A stretch of 64,000 bases of DNA from Iphione sp. A-MEVVRFRX5 (taxonomy: Eukaryota): contig OZ320314.1 of assembly GCA_976226885.1 (NCBI GenBank), positions 110,360,001 to 110,424,000 of the forward strand, in the 5' to 3' direction. A program made the position numbers and the translations under genes. The notes beneath the pieces were generated by a model, which was given only the letters and a program-made list of their open reading frames with translations, was not told the DNA's origin and searched no databases. This document shows, one piece after another, positions 1 to 12,283 of the stretch; positions within the stretch are counted from its first letter, which is position 1; every line of letters begins with the position of its first letter.

Positions 1-900
1 TTAGTAGTAGGAGTTATTAGAGTTGCAGTAATAATAGACATCGTAGTAGTAGTAGTACCAGTAGTATTCATCCAATCTCTTGGAAGCACAGATCAAAAGG
101 GCTGAGAGCAATTCGCCACCATCTCACTCAGCGTATCCCACCAAAGAGGCTTCCTTGCACTGGTAATCTGCCGCTAACCTTAATCTTTCTATCTACATTT
201 CTCACATGGTACACATAGCTGCAGCCTCCTCGACTAAGCTGTCCTAACGGGTCCTCCCCAAATCGCCTGTCCGATCCCCTTGATCACCCCCCAAAAACCG
301 CCGACCCGAGTGACAAAGAGAACAACCCGCCGGTAAGCTACTTAGGAAGTTAGGAGCCAGAAGCTGAGTGAACAGGCAATAGCATTGATCTTGGTTTTGG
401 GAGGAGAACAGCAGAGAGGCTCCCCTGAGGAGATTTTCTCCCACTAAATAATCTCAACTTACAGGCACCTGTCAACGACTGAGAAGACAGTCCAGTTGAT
501 AGTCATGTTAATCAAGCCCATGAATCCGATTCTCTTGGAGAAACAGCGAGCGAAAATCTCCGATTATCAAAAAGGATCTTCAACATAGATGCTGATATGA
601 ATATTGATAAAATATATACTTATTTAGGGAATAATCTCCCTTTGTGTCTACCTCCTCGTGCAGTGCACTACTTTCGATAGCCACCTGTCTGCAGTTGACA
701 GAAACGTTATAATCAGATTGGGATGATAAAAGGAATTCGTGTGGACCTAATCCTCTTTCTAACCCTCCGGGCATAACCTATTGCAGTCAAGAAACTATTC
801 ACGAGAAATGTATAAATACAGTATCTCTGTCTGGAAATTATTCCTACTTCGTTACTCAACAGTTTGATAATTAATGAAGAATGCTTGCTGTTCAAGGCTC
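1..900 (-). mobile_element. Possible 3' end of a degenerate LINE with (ACT)n-like tail
   Basis: Minus strand shows CSLCH and YVYHVRNVDRERL fragments, a stop, a short UTR and (CTA/ACT)n at 1-65. Similarity is weak. Confidence 0.3.
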
Positions 901-2359
901 CAGGGTTAGATAAGGGGAAGTAGTACGCTCCTAACCATGTGTACCAGGAAGGTCATATCCCAGAACATGTATATATATACATGTAAATATATGAGAGAAC
1001 GTGTATATACGTATTTACAGCACTCACGATGATTACGTTGACGATAGGTAAAGGGAGATTGATTAAAGTCGAATTAAACGTACAAAAATGTAATCGAAAC
1101 TCCCAGGATAAACTCCCACTTACCGGTCTCTATGTAAACTTCGATACACGTACAGTCGACAAACAAAAACTAAATTGTAGACTTCAAAACATGTTGGTGA
1201 AAACATCCACTATTTTCAGACAGCGAGGTATATGTTAATGAGTTAATGGAAGGATAATAGATACATCACCATGAATGTAAGATCATCATTCCGATAGAGG
1301 AGTATGTATAGTGCTGCTTACAAAGACGCAGTGTGGCAGTTCCTGGCAAGAGAGAGTATGAATCCCTCTCAGCCTCTCTATCTCGCTGGCTCCCTCACTC
1401 CCTCCCCCCTCCCTCCTGATCTCAAGAATTTATTACGATGGCGTCTGCAATAGGAACCTACCGATAGTAAAAAGGACATTTTGGAGAGAAGAACTTTGCT
1501 GGATTCCTAAAGATATGGGGACAGGTCAATCGCTCGATTAGCAACAATATAACAGAAGCCTCTCTGACTACAATGGTGACAGCGTGTGTGAGAAAAATTG
1601 CCCGAAGGAATTGCTCATGAACCTGCCTCAACCTGAAATGTCAGTCGCAATGTTTCCCTGTCCCAACTACATTAAGAACAACATGAAGTATTAAAGGCGT
1701 GTGCTTATATTACTGACGCGTAACGATTTGGATGAACTAGAATCATCCCCCCATCCATGACTATCCTCAACAAGTCTGCGCCTTTCCTCTCGGCTTAACC
1801 AGCTTTTCTGATAAAACTACCCGAGATAGCCGAAAGGCTTTCATGTACATCTACTATTCATGAAAGCCACGAGCCACAAATTTCAAGTATAGAGCACGAT
1901 ACGCGCAGTTTAAGTGACATTTCAAATGAAGCACTGGGACAACATGTGCGAGTATTCAGAGAACAGTCTTCTTTGGATATTAGTGTCGTCTGTCGGCTTA
2001 CTAATGCCTCGTTGGACTCTTTAAATGTATATTTAAGCAGAAGGATAGTCTCTCCGCGTTGCCTTGTAGGCAAGAATTCATTCATGAAAAGAAAATGTCT
2101 GGTGCAGGTTCCGGGTGCATCAGTGCATTTCATGAGTGCTTTGTTCTGCCCTCTAATTCATTGAATCTAACTGACAATTTGGTACACAATTTTTTGAAGA
2201 ACTGATATTATACAATACCTATATGGCATGGCTACAGGCAACATAGACGAAACCTAGATGGACACGCAATGTAAATGTAATTCAGCTTTGCTCGCTCTCC
2301 CTTCTTTACCAGCAAAAAAATGCTTTTGGAATTGATACCTGTTGGTTCCTATATCATGT

Positions 2360-2720
2360 TTAGCTGTAGGCTTTAATACAGCAGATGCATGGTAATGTTG
2401 TTTATCAAGGTGAAGCCCTTGGATTACATGTTATTCTTAAAATTAAACATATTTGGTTGCCATGGCAACAACGCCAGTTTCAAAGTGAGGCACAATTTCA
2501 TAATTTTACATCTAATTTACTCTAATTTACATTATTTGATGTAAGAAAGTGTTCAGCAAGTGATTTCCATCGTTCTGATACCTATTTTGTCTCTGTCTGT
2601 GATCTGGAACACATTTTGTCTTGACCTGTATGAAAACACATTTCTTACAAAAGTAGTGCATCACCATATGAATCAGCATCACTGATGCATCATGGAAAAT
2701 ACTAGAAATAGACATTATTA
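2360..2720 (+). repeat. Diverged interspersed repeat (partner at ~27880-28260)
   Basis: Shared ordered blocks TTACATGTTATT, GTTGC(C/A)ATGGCAACAA, TAATTTAC, TGTTCAGCA.GTGATTTCCA, TTCTGATAC, GACCTGTA and GCATCATGG. Confidence 0.65.
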
Positions 2721-3649
2721 TGATTGCTTCAAGAGTATTCATTAAATATGACTCCTAACAAAACAAAGTAACAATTTCCTCATCATTTTTATGGGAGAAA
2801 TCAACAAAAGAGAGTTGTTATTATATAATATATACATGAACTTTATGTAATAATTTTATAATATTATGTAATTATTGCATATAGTTCTGATCTTAATAAA
2901 GAAGGTTATAGGACATCATAAGTTACACATCTAGTATTAATCCCACTAATGATTCATTAAAAACTGCTGATGAGCTCTGGGGATAAATATTCTAGTGTTT
3001 CATAGAAATATTTTGATAATATAATGATAATTTATCTGTTATTTAATGTTTTGAAATATATTTGTATTACTGTGTCTACAAAAGTATGCAAAAATGCTGA
3101 ATTTTTAGGTTCTTACATGTCATGTGACTGCCTTTCCATGGTATCCGAGTGCATTTTCACAAAACATCAGGTGGCAGTGAATAGTCTGCAGTATGATCTT
3201 GTTTTACACAAAAAATAAACAAAATTCATCAAATATCACTAAACTAACTACAGGCTTCAAGCTTATCATCCACATATGTACCATAAGCCTATGAACGGTC
3301 AGGAAGGGGCTATGACATGTGTTCTAAATCTGATGGTTGTCATACATTTAGCACATGGTGAGATAGATACAATAATACAAACAGAGACCTGATAGACACA
3401 CCTCGCATTCACATGTTTTGTCCCAACAAAGAGGAAGATCATGTGTACACAGAGCAAAATATGTAAGGAGGGTCCAAGCCATAGATACTTTTTCACCAAG
3501 CATTCATGTAACTGAAAAGATTGAAAAGACAACAAAGGCTTATGGTATATAGAGGCAAGCCTCAATATCTGTAATTCGACATCAGTTTAATTCTGAACAC
3601 ATGTTATCGGTATGGAATTATGTATCTTATAAAAAATATATTCCATAGC

Positions 3650-5100
3650 GAATTCCCTCAATTTACAAACAACAATCTGTCACGCAGCAATTCCTTTTCC
3701 CACACAAAATACAGGATTCGTGTGAATCGCCCTACCTCCCACTCAATGTACGAGTTCCCTCCTTTCAAGATGGCAGCACGAGGCTCTAAAGGGTTGCAGA
3801 AGGTTGGGATGGAAGTGAGAGAAAGGGAAAGAAAAGGAAGGCCAAACTGAGAACGAGGAAGACAAAGCACACACTTGTCTCTCCTCAACCCCCCCCCCCT
3901 CCCCTTGAGGCTCATTTTTTTAAAGGAATCTCCTAAGTGACCTATCGCTGGGAGTATTGGACATTTTCCAACTTCACTTGTCTTTGAATTTGGGAAGCCC
4001 GGAGACATTTCTTAGCTACAGATCCTTGCAGACCATTAAGAAAATGCCTAAGAGAAGCACAAGGCGTTTAGTAGTTCCAGTAGTCAAAAACAAGTAAGGA
4101 TAGACAATGCGCAGGTCTCCAAGCTGTAGATAGTCCAGTTATGGGGCCCCATTTAGAAGAGCTTTCTTTTCACTAACAGTTTAAAACAATATATATAGTT
4201 TCTCGTGATCATGCGTCTTTCAAAGAGTCAACCTAAGACCCAGCTGTACGGATCTTTTGTACTGACAACATCTTAAACCTTTTTCAGGGTCATTCAGCAT
4301 TTCTCTCTATTTAGGATGTCTATATGCAACGACATAGTGCTGAAAAAACTACTTAAGATAATTGACTCACTATTTGCTTTCTAAACTCCTCCGCGTTAAC
4401 CAGATAAAACTGTGCACAGTAGAATCCATCAAATCAATTGTTATAATGATGGATAAGGGGCGATTATAAAGACTTCCCTCATATTTGTTATCGATGATTG
4501 CCCGGTTAAATGAAAATAGCTACCAGTCAAATAAGTCATCTTCCGTAAGCAATTTTCTTGGTCGAGCTTATGGAATGTAGTCGTAGTGTTCATTATAGTT
4601 AGCTCAAGATATCTAACAGAAGCATCTTCGTGCGGTGGTAGAAAAACTCACGGAGTGCTTTGATACAAGCAGGAGACCTCATTAGGCCTGCCTAGCTTTT
4701 TATAGTCCTCCAATACCTCCCTTAGCGCACCCTATTGGTCAAACCCAGGAGCGGCTTCAGCGGCAAATGTAAAACGAATCCCACGATAATAGAAATTATA
4801 AATACCTATTATAATTATTGTGTCAAACAATCTGGCAGCAGAAGAAATAACTGGAACAAAAAGCAGTCTGCAGTGAATTTAGGTCTCATGGCTATACTAA
4901 ATAGAGAATAGGCCTCAACCTCAGAAAATCCCTCAGATGCATCCACATAGCTAATCTATATATGCAGATTCAGGAAACAAAGCAAACGAACAGTTGAGCG
5001 ATGCATGAAGTGCCTATTTGATATTTGCTGACGGCAATAATTGTCCCTGCGAATCACCTGTTCCATCCAGGAAACGGTAATTTAGAACCAGCATTGTCAA
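3650..5100 (-). mobile_element. Degenerate L1/Tx1-like LINE ORF2 remnant (RT C-terminal part and zinc-binding tail)
   Basis: Minus-strand fragments GIRFTFAAEA (YADD-region-like), SVRYLELTI (KYLG-like), YFHLTGQSSITN (LSLTGR-like), DKCVLC and LYFVWEKELLRDRLLF (W.ERN.R.F-like) occur in the expected order amid many stops. Confidence 0.45.
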
Positions 5101-5838
5101 CACATTCAGGGTATTGGCAGTATTCTACCTTAGGTACAATGATATAGGTTTTATCTCGAAGTCAATATTACTAGCATCGTGATGTTATTATCCACAAGAA
5201 AACTCAAACGGCACAAGAGATTTACACATCGGACTATCAGCGAGAAAAACAGCAATTCATCAAACAAATCTTGATTCATATGAAAACAGCAGCCAAACGG
5301 TCAAAGGATAAAAATTGACCGAAAAAATAATAGTAAAGGTCGCATTTACTAGTCCGCGCAAACTTGATGTTCAGGCATATCCCATTTTAGACATTACTTC
5401 TAGGTTCTCATTGGTACTGGCTGAAACACTGTATTAATAGTGTAGCCATTCTCAGGTAAGCAGGCCTATCGAGCACGTTCTCCTTGTCCCCTGCTAATAT
5501 GCCTTAGCGAAAACTCCATCCAACCTATCGCCCCATCCACTTCTAGAATTAAAAAACCAAAGCAACAAACGTTATAGTCCTACTTTGTCATGTAAGAAGT
5601 GTACTGGTGTAACAGGTATAAATCAGCTTGGACAAAGTCGCTGTATGACCAGAGCAAAATAGTTTCACAACTTCCATAAGGAACAACTTTATAAAAACAA
5701 AGGGATCATACAGGTGATAATATATGACTGATCTGCTTCTGTATTAATTTATGCAAAACAATGCTGTTATCAGATATCTCAAAGTGTTCAGGCCATTGTA
5801 GAGATCTCAGTTTGTATCAACATTGCCTTTTTTATATA

Positions 5839-6013
5839 CAGTGGAGTCTCTATTTACGACCACCACTTGGGACCAAGCTAAAATGGTCTTATTGTGAATG
5901 TGGCATAAATGGAGTATCAGATGTATAGAAATGAACATTTTGGTACCCCTTTCAGCTGGTCTGAAATTGAGAATGGTCGCAAAGTGATGTGGTCATAAAT
6001 AGAGACTCTACTG
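5839..6013. mobile_element. 175-bp MITE, Tc1/mariner-pogo type
   Basis: 25-bp TIRs CAGTGGAGTCTCTATTTACGACCAC / GTGGTCATAAATAGAGACTCTACTG (2 mismatches); TA on both sides (5837-5838, 6014-6015). Confidence 0.9.
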
Positions 6014-6146
6014 TATTAGAGGTCCTGAGTTATACATAGGAACCTCATTATCCGGAGCACCTCAGGATATCAATATTTGTTATGGATAAAGAAAAATCCG
6101 GAATGTGAAAACGCGACTCATGCAACTCCTGGTGGGGAAAAAAGGC

Positions 6147-6350
6147 ATTTCATGAAGATTGAGGCAAATTCCATGGAGAAAGTGCTGAAAGACAGATATT
6201 TCATGGAGATTGAGGCAAATTTTGGGGAGAAGTGCCGAAAAATGATTATTTCATGGAGATTGAGGCAGATTCCATGGAGAATGTGCCAAAAAACTGCAAA
6301 TTTCAAGGAGAAAGTGCCCAAAAAGCATCAAATTTCAGGGAGAAAGTGTG
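6147..6350. repeat. ~51-bp minisatellite, about 3 copies plus decayed half units
   Basis: ATTTCATG(A/G)AGATTGAGGCA(A/G)ATT...GGAGAA(A)GTGC is repeated. Confidence 0.85.
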
Positions 6351-7916
6351 GGTACATGTGGATAAGTGTGGGCAAAGTGTGAGTCACTCTATGCTTTGTT
6401 GTTTCTTCCTTTAGGAGGTCGCAGCCTGTATTTAGGTCACTCTGCACTCTGTTGTTTCTATGTTTATGAGGGTCTGGCCAGCATGTACCTCTTATGTAAT
6501 CATTTCGCACGTCTCTGATGCTTCCTTTGCTCTCCTTACTGCAGTTAAGTGTGTCTATTTCCTATAGTAAAGCATCTAAGAATGTAGTTAAATACACTCC
6601 GGTTACGGAAGTTGAATATCCGGTTAAATAGTACATTTTATACAGAGAAACACTTGATTATTTAAAATCATTATGGTTGGGGAAGATATCTGGTTGTTGG
6701 GGCTGCGGTAAGCGAGGTTGCTCTGCATTAATGTTTTCTTCGTTACATATATGAGAAGTCTTGGGTTGTATCGATATTGCCTCAATCATATATCAGATTT
6801 TTTTCAGAGAATGTATATAGTAGTACTATTATTGATACTTATATATTCTTATAGAAATAAATCCCAGTTCACATTGATATTTACTCTTTTACACAACAGA
6901 AATCTGACCTTAATCATTCCCAAATTATCCTTACTATAATTTGTGTCAACATTCTCTGCACTATACACTAGGGATCACGTGCTTTATCAATTGTATCTGC
7001 TATAAATGTTAGAGATCTCATGTCCTATAAGTTTTGTGTATAGTTTCTATCAGAGACAGTCAGCTTTATCAATAGTTTTTCTAATATGTATAGTCAAAAT
7101 CTCCAAATATTGCTAAATTGCCATGGTTACTGCAACATGCCACAAAATGCCAATACATAACAAAGTTATGAGGTCCAGGGCACATCGACCTAACCATTGC
7201 ACCACATATCACATCATAGATACAAGAACCTAAGGCAAAAATAAAACAGGTGTGTTTCTGGTTACAACCAGCCCAAAACCTAGGTAGTGAGGGGGGACTT
7301 TAAAAAAAAATTCCATTTGTTCCTCTGCTTTTTAACAACAATGAAGTGTAGACTTGCAAAGTCTGTTGTCTCCCACCTGAGTGGCCATTTCATACTTGAT
7401 CACACCTACCTTGGTCAGATTACTATAAGGGGGTGCTAATAGGAGGGGGGTATCGATGAGTGTTTATTCATGTGTGTAAATGCATTGTCAGACCTAGAAA
7501 TTCCCCAAAAAGGTATGTATATCTTGTCATAGCGAAAAAGTAAATTGACATAACTTAACTGCTTGAATGTTTGAATAACTACCAAATTGCCTAATTTGTT
7601 CATTGCATATTTAATCAGGAATTAGATATTCAGCCTTTTCAGCGGTTCTTCCATATCCTCCTGGAGTAGTATACTGCCATTTTATTATTGAGATTTGAGC
7701 GACCGAAATATCTGGGGTATCCCTATTTTTATTTCAAATAGGTTTTGGGTTCTTTTTGTGAATAAGAGGAACAAATTCCATACACCTTTATTAAGAAGTT
7801 GTAAACCACTCTAGTTTGGGGTTACAGTAGATCTATCTGGTCATGATCAAGAGTCCCAGAAACCTCAATCAGTGGAGCAGGGCTAGTCAGCATACTTTCC
7901 AACTGAGTTAACTCCG

Positions 7917-8075
7917 TCACTAATCTGACATTGGTATAAAGTTGTTTTTTAGTTGTTGCCTTGATAACATGGGGAACTATGATATAGTAATAGTCACTAA
8001 TGTGACACTGGTATAAAGTTGTTTTTAATTGTTGCTTTGATAATATGTAGAACTGTAATATAGTAATAGACACTA
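7917..8075. repeat. Two-copy ~77-bp tandem duplication
   Basis: TCACTAAT(C/G)TGACA(T/C)TGGTATAAAGTTGTTTTT...ATATAGTAATAG occurs twice (7917, 7994). Confidence 0.85.
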
Positions 8076-8221
8076 GCAGATATTTTTAGTCAGAAAACAG
8101 AGTATTAAATGGTGGCATATCTCGCACTATTTCTTCAGCTGGTTAGAGTAAATACACTTTTTTTCATATCTTTTGAACATAACGGATTTCTTGCAAGAGA
8201 GTGCGACATTACCGATTCAGC

Positions 8222-8415
8222 AGTGGGACAAATCGACCAAGGACAATGAGGGTAGGACAAATCGACTATGTGTAATTATAGTCGATCTGTGCCGGTGTCG
8301 ATTTGTCCCACTCGCGAGTCTATTGTTCCAGATGCGGCGTCTTTTTGTCGTACGTGAAGTCAATTTGGTTCTCAAGTTCGATTTGCCGCGTTCCTGGGTC
8401 CATTTGTCCCAGATG
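8222..8415. repeat. Cluster of direct and inverted GGGACAAATCGAC motifs, probably a transposon subterminal region cut by the gap
   Basis: GGGACAAATCGAC (~8225), GGACAAATCGAC (~8255), inverted GTCGATTTGTCCC (~8297) and decayed copies up to 8410. Confidence 0.5.
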
Positions 8416-8426
8416 CCAAGTCTTTT

Positions 8427-8563
8427 NNNNNNNNNNNNNNNNNNNNNNNNNNNNNNNNNNNNNNNNNNNNNNNNNNNNNNNNNNNNNNNNNNNNNNNNNN
8501 NNNNNNNNNNNNNNNNNNNNNNNNNNNNNNNNNNNNNNNNNNNNNNNNNNNNNNNNNNNNNNN
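8427..8563. other. Assembly gap (137 N)
   Basis: Run of N. Confidence 1.
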
Positions 8564-9260
8564 ATCTCTTTCCCTTTCAGTCCCTGTCTCTCTAACCGGT
8601 CTAAAGGGTAAATCTGCTTAATTTAAGCGTTGAAGACGCTTGGAAATGCCTTTACAAACCTTTACAGAAGAAGGACGGAAATTCCCCTTGAGTTACTTTC
8701 CGTCCGCGACCGCTGTCACCGCACTTCATTTCCCCATCCCTTCCTTCCTCTCTCCCACGTACTCCCCTCTTCTCTACCCCCACCATTTCTCCACACTTCC
8801 TCCTTTTTTGTTTGTTATTAGTACCTCGCCTGCTTATCTAGTCCTTCTCTCCATCCTTCCTTTGATGTTACGATGTTACCGTCCGATGCTGATGTGGTCC
8901 AACTTTTCCTGACATCTCATCTCGTCTAAGATAAACATAACGCCGACGAACTCTTCTTTAGATTTATGAATAGTTTAACAAACACATAAATCGCCACGAA
9001 TGGCTCGGTACGTTCCTCCCTAGTTTAACCTTATTCGCCACGTCTCAGACGGTCGACGGGTCTGCCGGTTAACGAGAACCGGAAGCTTGAGGACCACAGA
9101 CTTTGTCTGAATGGTGATATCATGTTACCATTTACCTTTCGTTGTCTAGCTGTTGATGTAGAGAATCCTGTGTAGCCTTCACTTGTAAAAGGCGTTGGCC
9201 TGGTCTTCGCCTTTCTCCCCTGGATCGGGTAAACACGACATTGAAGAAAAGCGTGACATA

Positions 9261-10242
9261 CCCAGCAAACACATAACGTTTTCACAACGTTTTCAAAAGG
9301 TTTTGAAAAGGTTGTCATACAATGTTATTGTAAAACATTTTTACAACGTTTTTAAAATGTTTTCAAAAGGTTTTGAAAAGGTTTTTATAAAATGTTATTG
9401 TGAAACGTTTTTACAACGTTTTTACAATGTTTTTACAATGTTTTGAAAAGGTTTTAAGAAAATGTTATTGTAAAATGTTTTTACAATGTTTTTACAATGT
9501 TTTCACAACGTTTCCACAATGTCTTGAAAAGGTTTTGAAAAGGTTTTTATAAAATGTTATTGTAAAACGTTTTTACAATGTTTTTACAATGTTTTCACAA
9601 CATTTCACAATGTTTTGAAAGGTTTTGAAAAGGTTTTCAGAAAACATTATTATAAAACATTTTTACAATGTTTTTAAAACATTTTCAAAAGGTCTCAAAA
9701 AGAGCTTGATAAAGCGTTATGAAAAAAACGTTTTTAAAACGTTTTAATAACGTTTTAAGAATCTCCAAAAGGAGGTCAGGAGTGATGACAGCATATTTAC
9801 ACAGTTAGTAAGGGGCAGACTCAGTGGCCAAATGGATAAGAGTGCTGACACCATCAGTGATGCAGAGGACATGGGTTCAAATCCCCATCAAGGCAACATT
9901 TCAGATCATGGAAAAACTAAAACACACCTGCATAAAAAGTGAAATTACACAAGAAAAGAGTATTCTAGGAGGATGGAAGTATATATCAAGAGAAATCAAG
10001 GATTATTTACATTTTGAATTTTGAATTTAAATGTTATATAGAAACATTTTGAAAACGTTTTCGCAAAACGTTTTGAAAACGTTTTCCCAAAACGTTTTGA
10101 AAACGTTTTCTAAAAAAGGTTTTTTGAAAATATTTTAAAAACGTTATTAAGACCATTCACTTTAACATTTTAAAAACGTTTTTTAAAAACATTTTTAAGA
10201 CATTTAGGAAAACGTTTTAAAAACGTTTTTGTGTTTGTTGGG
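9261..10242. mobile_element. 982-bp non-autonomous DNA transposon with subterminal tandem arrays
   Basis: Termini CCCAGCAAACAC / GTGTTTGTTGGG (1 mismatch), with TA on both sides (9259-9260, 10243-10244). Both arms are arrays of ~11-bp units based on AAAACGTTTT / AATGTTTTTAC. Superfamily not determined. Confidence 0.85.
9815..9895 (+). ncRNA. tRNA-derived (tRNA-Arg-like) head in the centre of the 9261-10242 element
   Basis: A box TGGCCAAATGG (9825-9835), followed by GATAAG as in tRNA-Arg D loops; B box GGTTCAAATCC (9874-9884). No intact cloverleaf. Confidence 0.55.
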
Positions 10243-10548
10243 TAGTGCCCCTTCACCCCGCAAGCCCATCTCTCAAACCCCTCAAACACATCGGTTCGTT
10301 CTACCCATCACTGATGCGGTCGTCCCATGTGTATGACAGATACGTGGTCTTTCCATGTATACAAACAATATGCCATGGAAGTGGGCCGGACTGTGTGAGA
10401 TACCAACTCACTATGTACTAATGCAGCCTATCCATCTGTGCATATTTTACACACTGTGGGCCCGGAATTACATGTCAATCGTTTAGGTACTGGTCATCTG
10501 AGACCTGGACCAGGGTCCAGTTTCATAACCTGTGCATATACATAACAA

Positions 10549-10552
<4 letters not shown>

Positions 10553-10587
<35 letters not shown>

Positions 10588-10698
10588 CAGATGCCTGATG
10601 AAGGCCCGCAAGGGCCGAAAGCTTGCAGTGATTCCACTGTGGAGAATTAAAGCCAGTTAACTTCACCTGATGAGTTGTGATGTTTATTACCGTTTGAT
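10553..10698. mobile_element. 146-bp retro-insertion: (AAT)n tract + hammerhead motif, flanked by a 14-bp direct repeat
   Basis: TACATAACAAATTA at 10539-10552 and again at 10699-10712, bracketing the insert. Confidence 0.75.
10592..10627 (+). ncRNA. Minimal type I hammerhead ribozyme motif (Penelope-like element type)
   Basis: TGC-CTGATGA-A-GGCCC-GCAA-GGGCC-GAAA-GCTT-GCA: core CUGAUGA and GAAA, perfect stem II, 3-bp stem I (TGC/GCA) and a palindromic AGCT in place of stem III. Confidence 0.7.
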
Positions 10699-12193
10699 TA
10701 CATAACAAATTAGTTCTTTGCAGTCCCTCTAGGGGTCCCTGTGTCTATTGTCTTCATTATATATGCATAGGCAGACCTATTCCGTGTTGTCTGGACTTCC
10801 TGCAGTCTGGCCCAGTGTCTGACTAAATTGTCAGACATTTGGAAAGACCACCATATGCAGGGACATATGACAAATGTGGACAAACATGCACTGTGGTTCA
10901 AAAGCCTTCCAATGTGTACATACGGAAAACAATGAATGAAACAATCCCTAGGGGGTATTACTGAGAACTGATATTGGTAGAGAATCAACAGGATATATGG
11001 ACAACAAACATGTCTCCAGGCTTCCCGATACCTACTCAATTTTGGTTATGCACACGGATCCGTGTGTGTAAAATACACATAAATAGGCAGGGTACATTGA
11101 AATACAGTGTATTCAATCATCCCGCAGTCCCGACCCTGGTTCCATGTGCGTAAACTATGTACACATGGAAAGATCACCAAGTGTAGAGGCTCAGACCTCC
11201 AGAACCCTTCCAGATATGGACTTCCATTCTATGTGCAGCCCTTTAGGGCCAGTTTCCATATGGTGCGGAACCTTGTGGGAGTGTCTGAGTGCACTTTCCG
11301 TCTGGGGCTGGGAACTTGCATGACAGTTTTCCCGCAAGGGACCGGATAGGGTTATCTTTTGTGGAGTAATCTGAGTGAAAGGGAAAAGTATGCAAAATGG
11401 AGAATTTAACTATAAAAAGGTAAGAAAAAGACATTTGGTGGGAAAAGTATAATAAAATGGCAATCAGGTGTGGATATGCGCAGAGATGTGCAGGAATGTG
11501 TGGAATTGACCGGAAAAGGTGTATATATATATATGTGCATGGAAAGGCTTGCATCCCCTCTGGACTATCCCGCATCTTGCGTGTTCAAAAACGAACATAC
11601 ACACCTCAATGCACACACTAACAAACACAGACAGCAACGCAGATATAGAATAGTCCATGATGAAATCAACCTGTTCCTAAGATTTAGAAATGCGTTGGAA
11701 TGCGTTGGAACGTATACGAAGCCTCCCACACATGTGGAAACGGCCTCAATCAACTTCGACAGGTGCGTGTGCGGCATGGAAAATCGAATATTCAAAATAG
11801 TTTAAACGATTTTTTAAATATTTATCGGCGGTTACTGTCAGAAACTGTGTACCCAAAAAAGGATGGGAGTATTCATACGAATCATAAATATAATACCAGA
11901 TTCTAATGCATCGCAAGGCTTTGCCTCATAGTCCACGGCCCCCTTGAATGACAATGTTTTATTTCCTATTCATACCGGATTATTAAGGAGACGCGCATCG
12001 GTTATTTGTCTGCCTTTTTTGTATCTACAGGTTTATAAAACAGAAACTGGAGATTTGATTTGATCTGGTCCAAGGAGCTTTCTATGGGCAAAAAAAGCCA
12101 TTGCAATCTTTGTCCTTCACGGGATCATATATCCGCAATCACGAGTAAGTTGGATCAGAAAAAAATGCACTTGTTTCTAGACATGCAAGTAGA

Positions 12194-12195
<2 letters not shown>

Positions 12196-12280
<85 letters not shown>
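12196..12280. repeat. (CT)n microsatellite
   Basis: Direct reading; one interruption near 12238. Confidence 0.99.

Positions 12281-12283
<3 letters not shown>

Noticed and set aside
4720-4780. Plus-strand SAPYWSNPGAASAANVKRI as a Gypsy integrase motif
   Set aside because: Isolated, whereas the minus strand gives several ordered L1/Tx1-like motifs over the same region.
7231-7300. TAAGGCAAAAATAAAA... as the end of a complete Zator-like element
   Set aside because: No matching opposite terminus found. Related short motifs at ~18210-18250 and ~29049-29075 only indicate fragments of a repeat family.
9261-10242. Regular repeats as a CRISPR array
   Set aside because: No unique spacers, and the context is eukaryotic. 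The units are contiguous tandem repeats inside TIRs.
12031-12144. Plus-strand segment with good acceptor and donor
   Set aside because: Stops in all three frames; at most a non-coding exon, with no support from the sequence alone.
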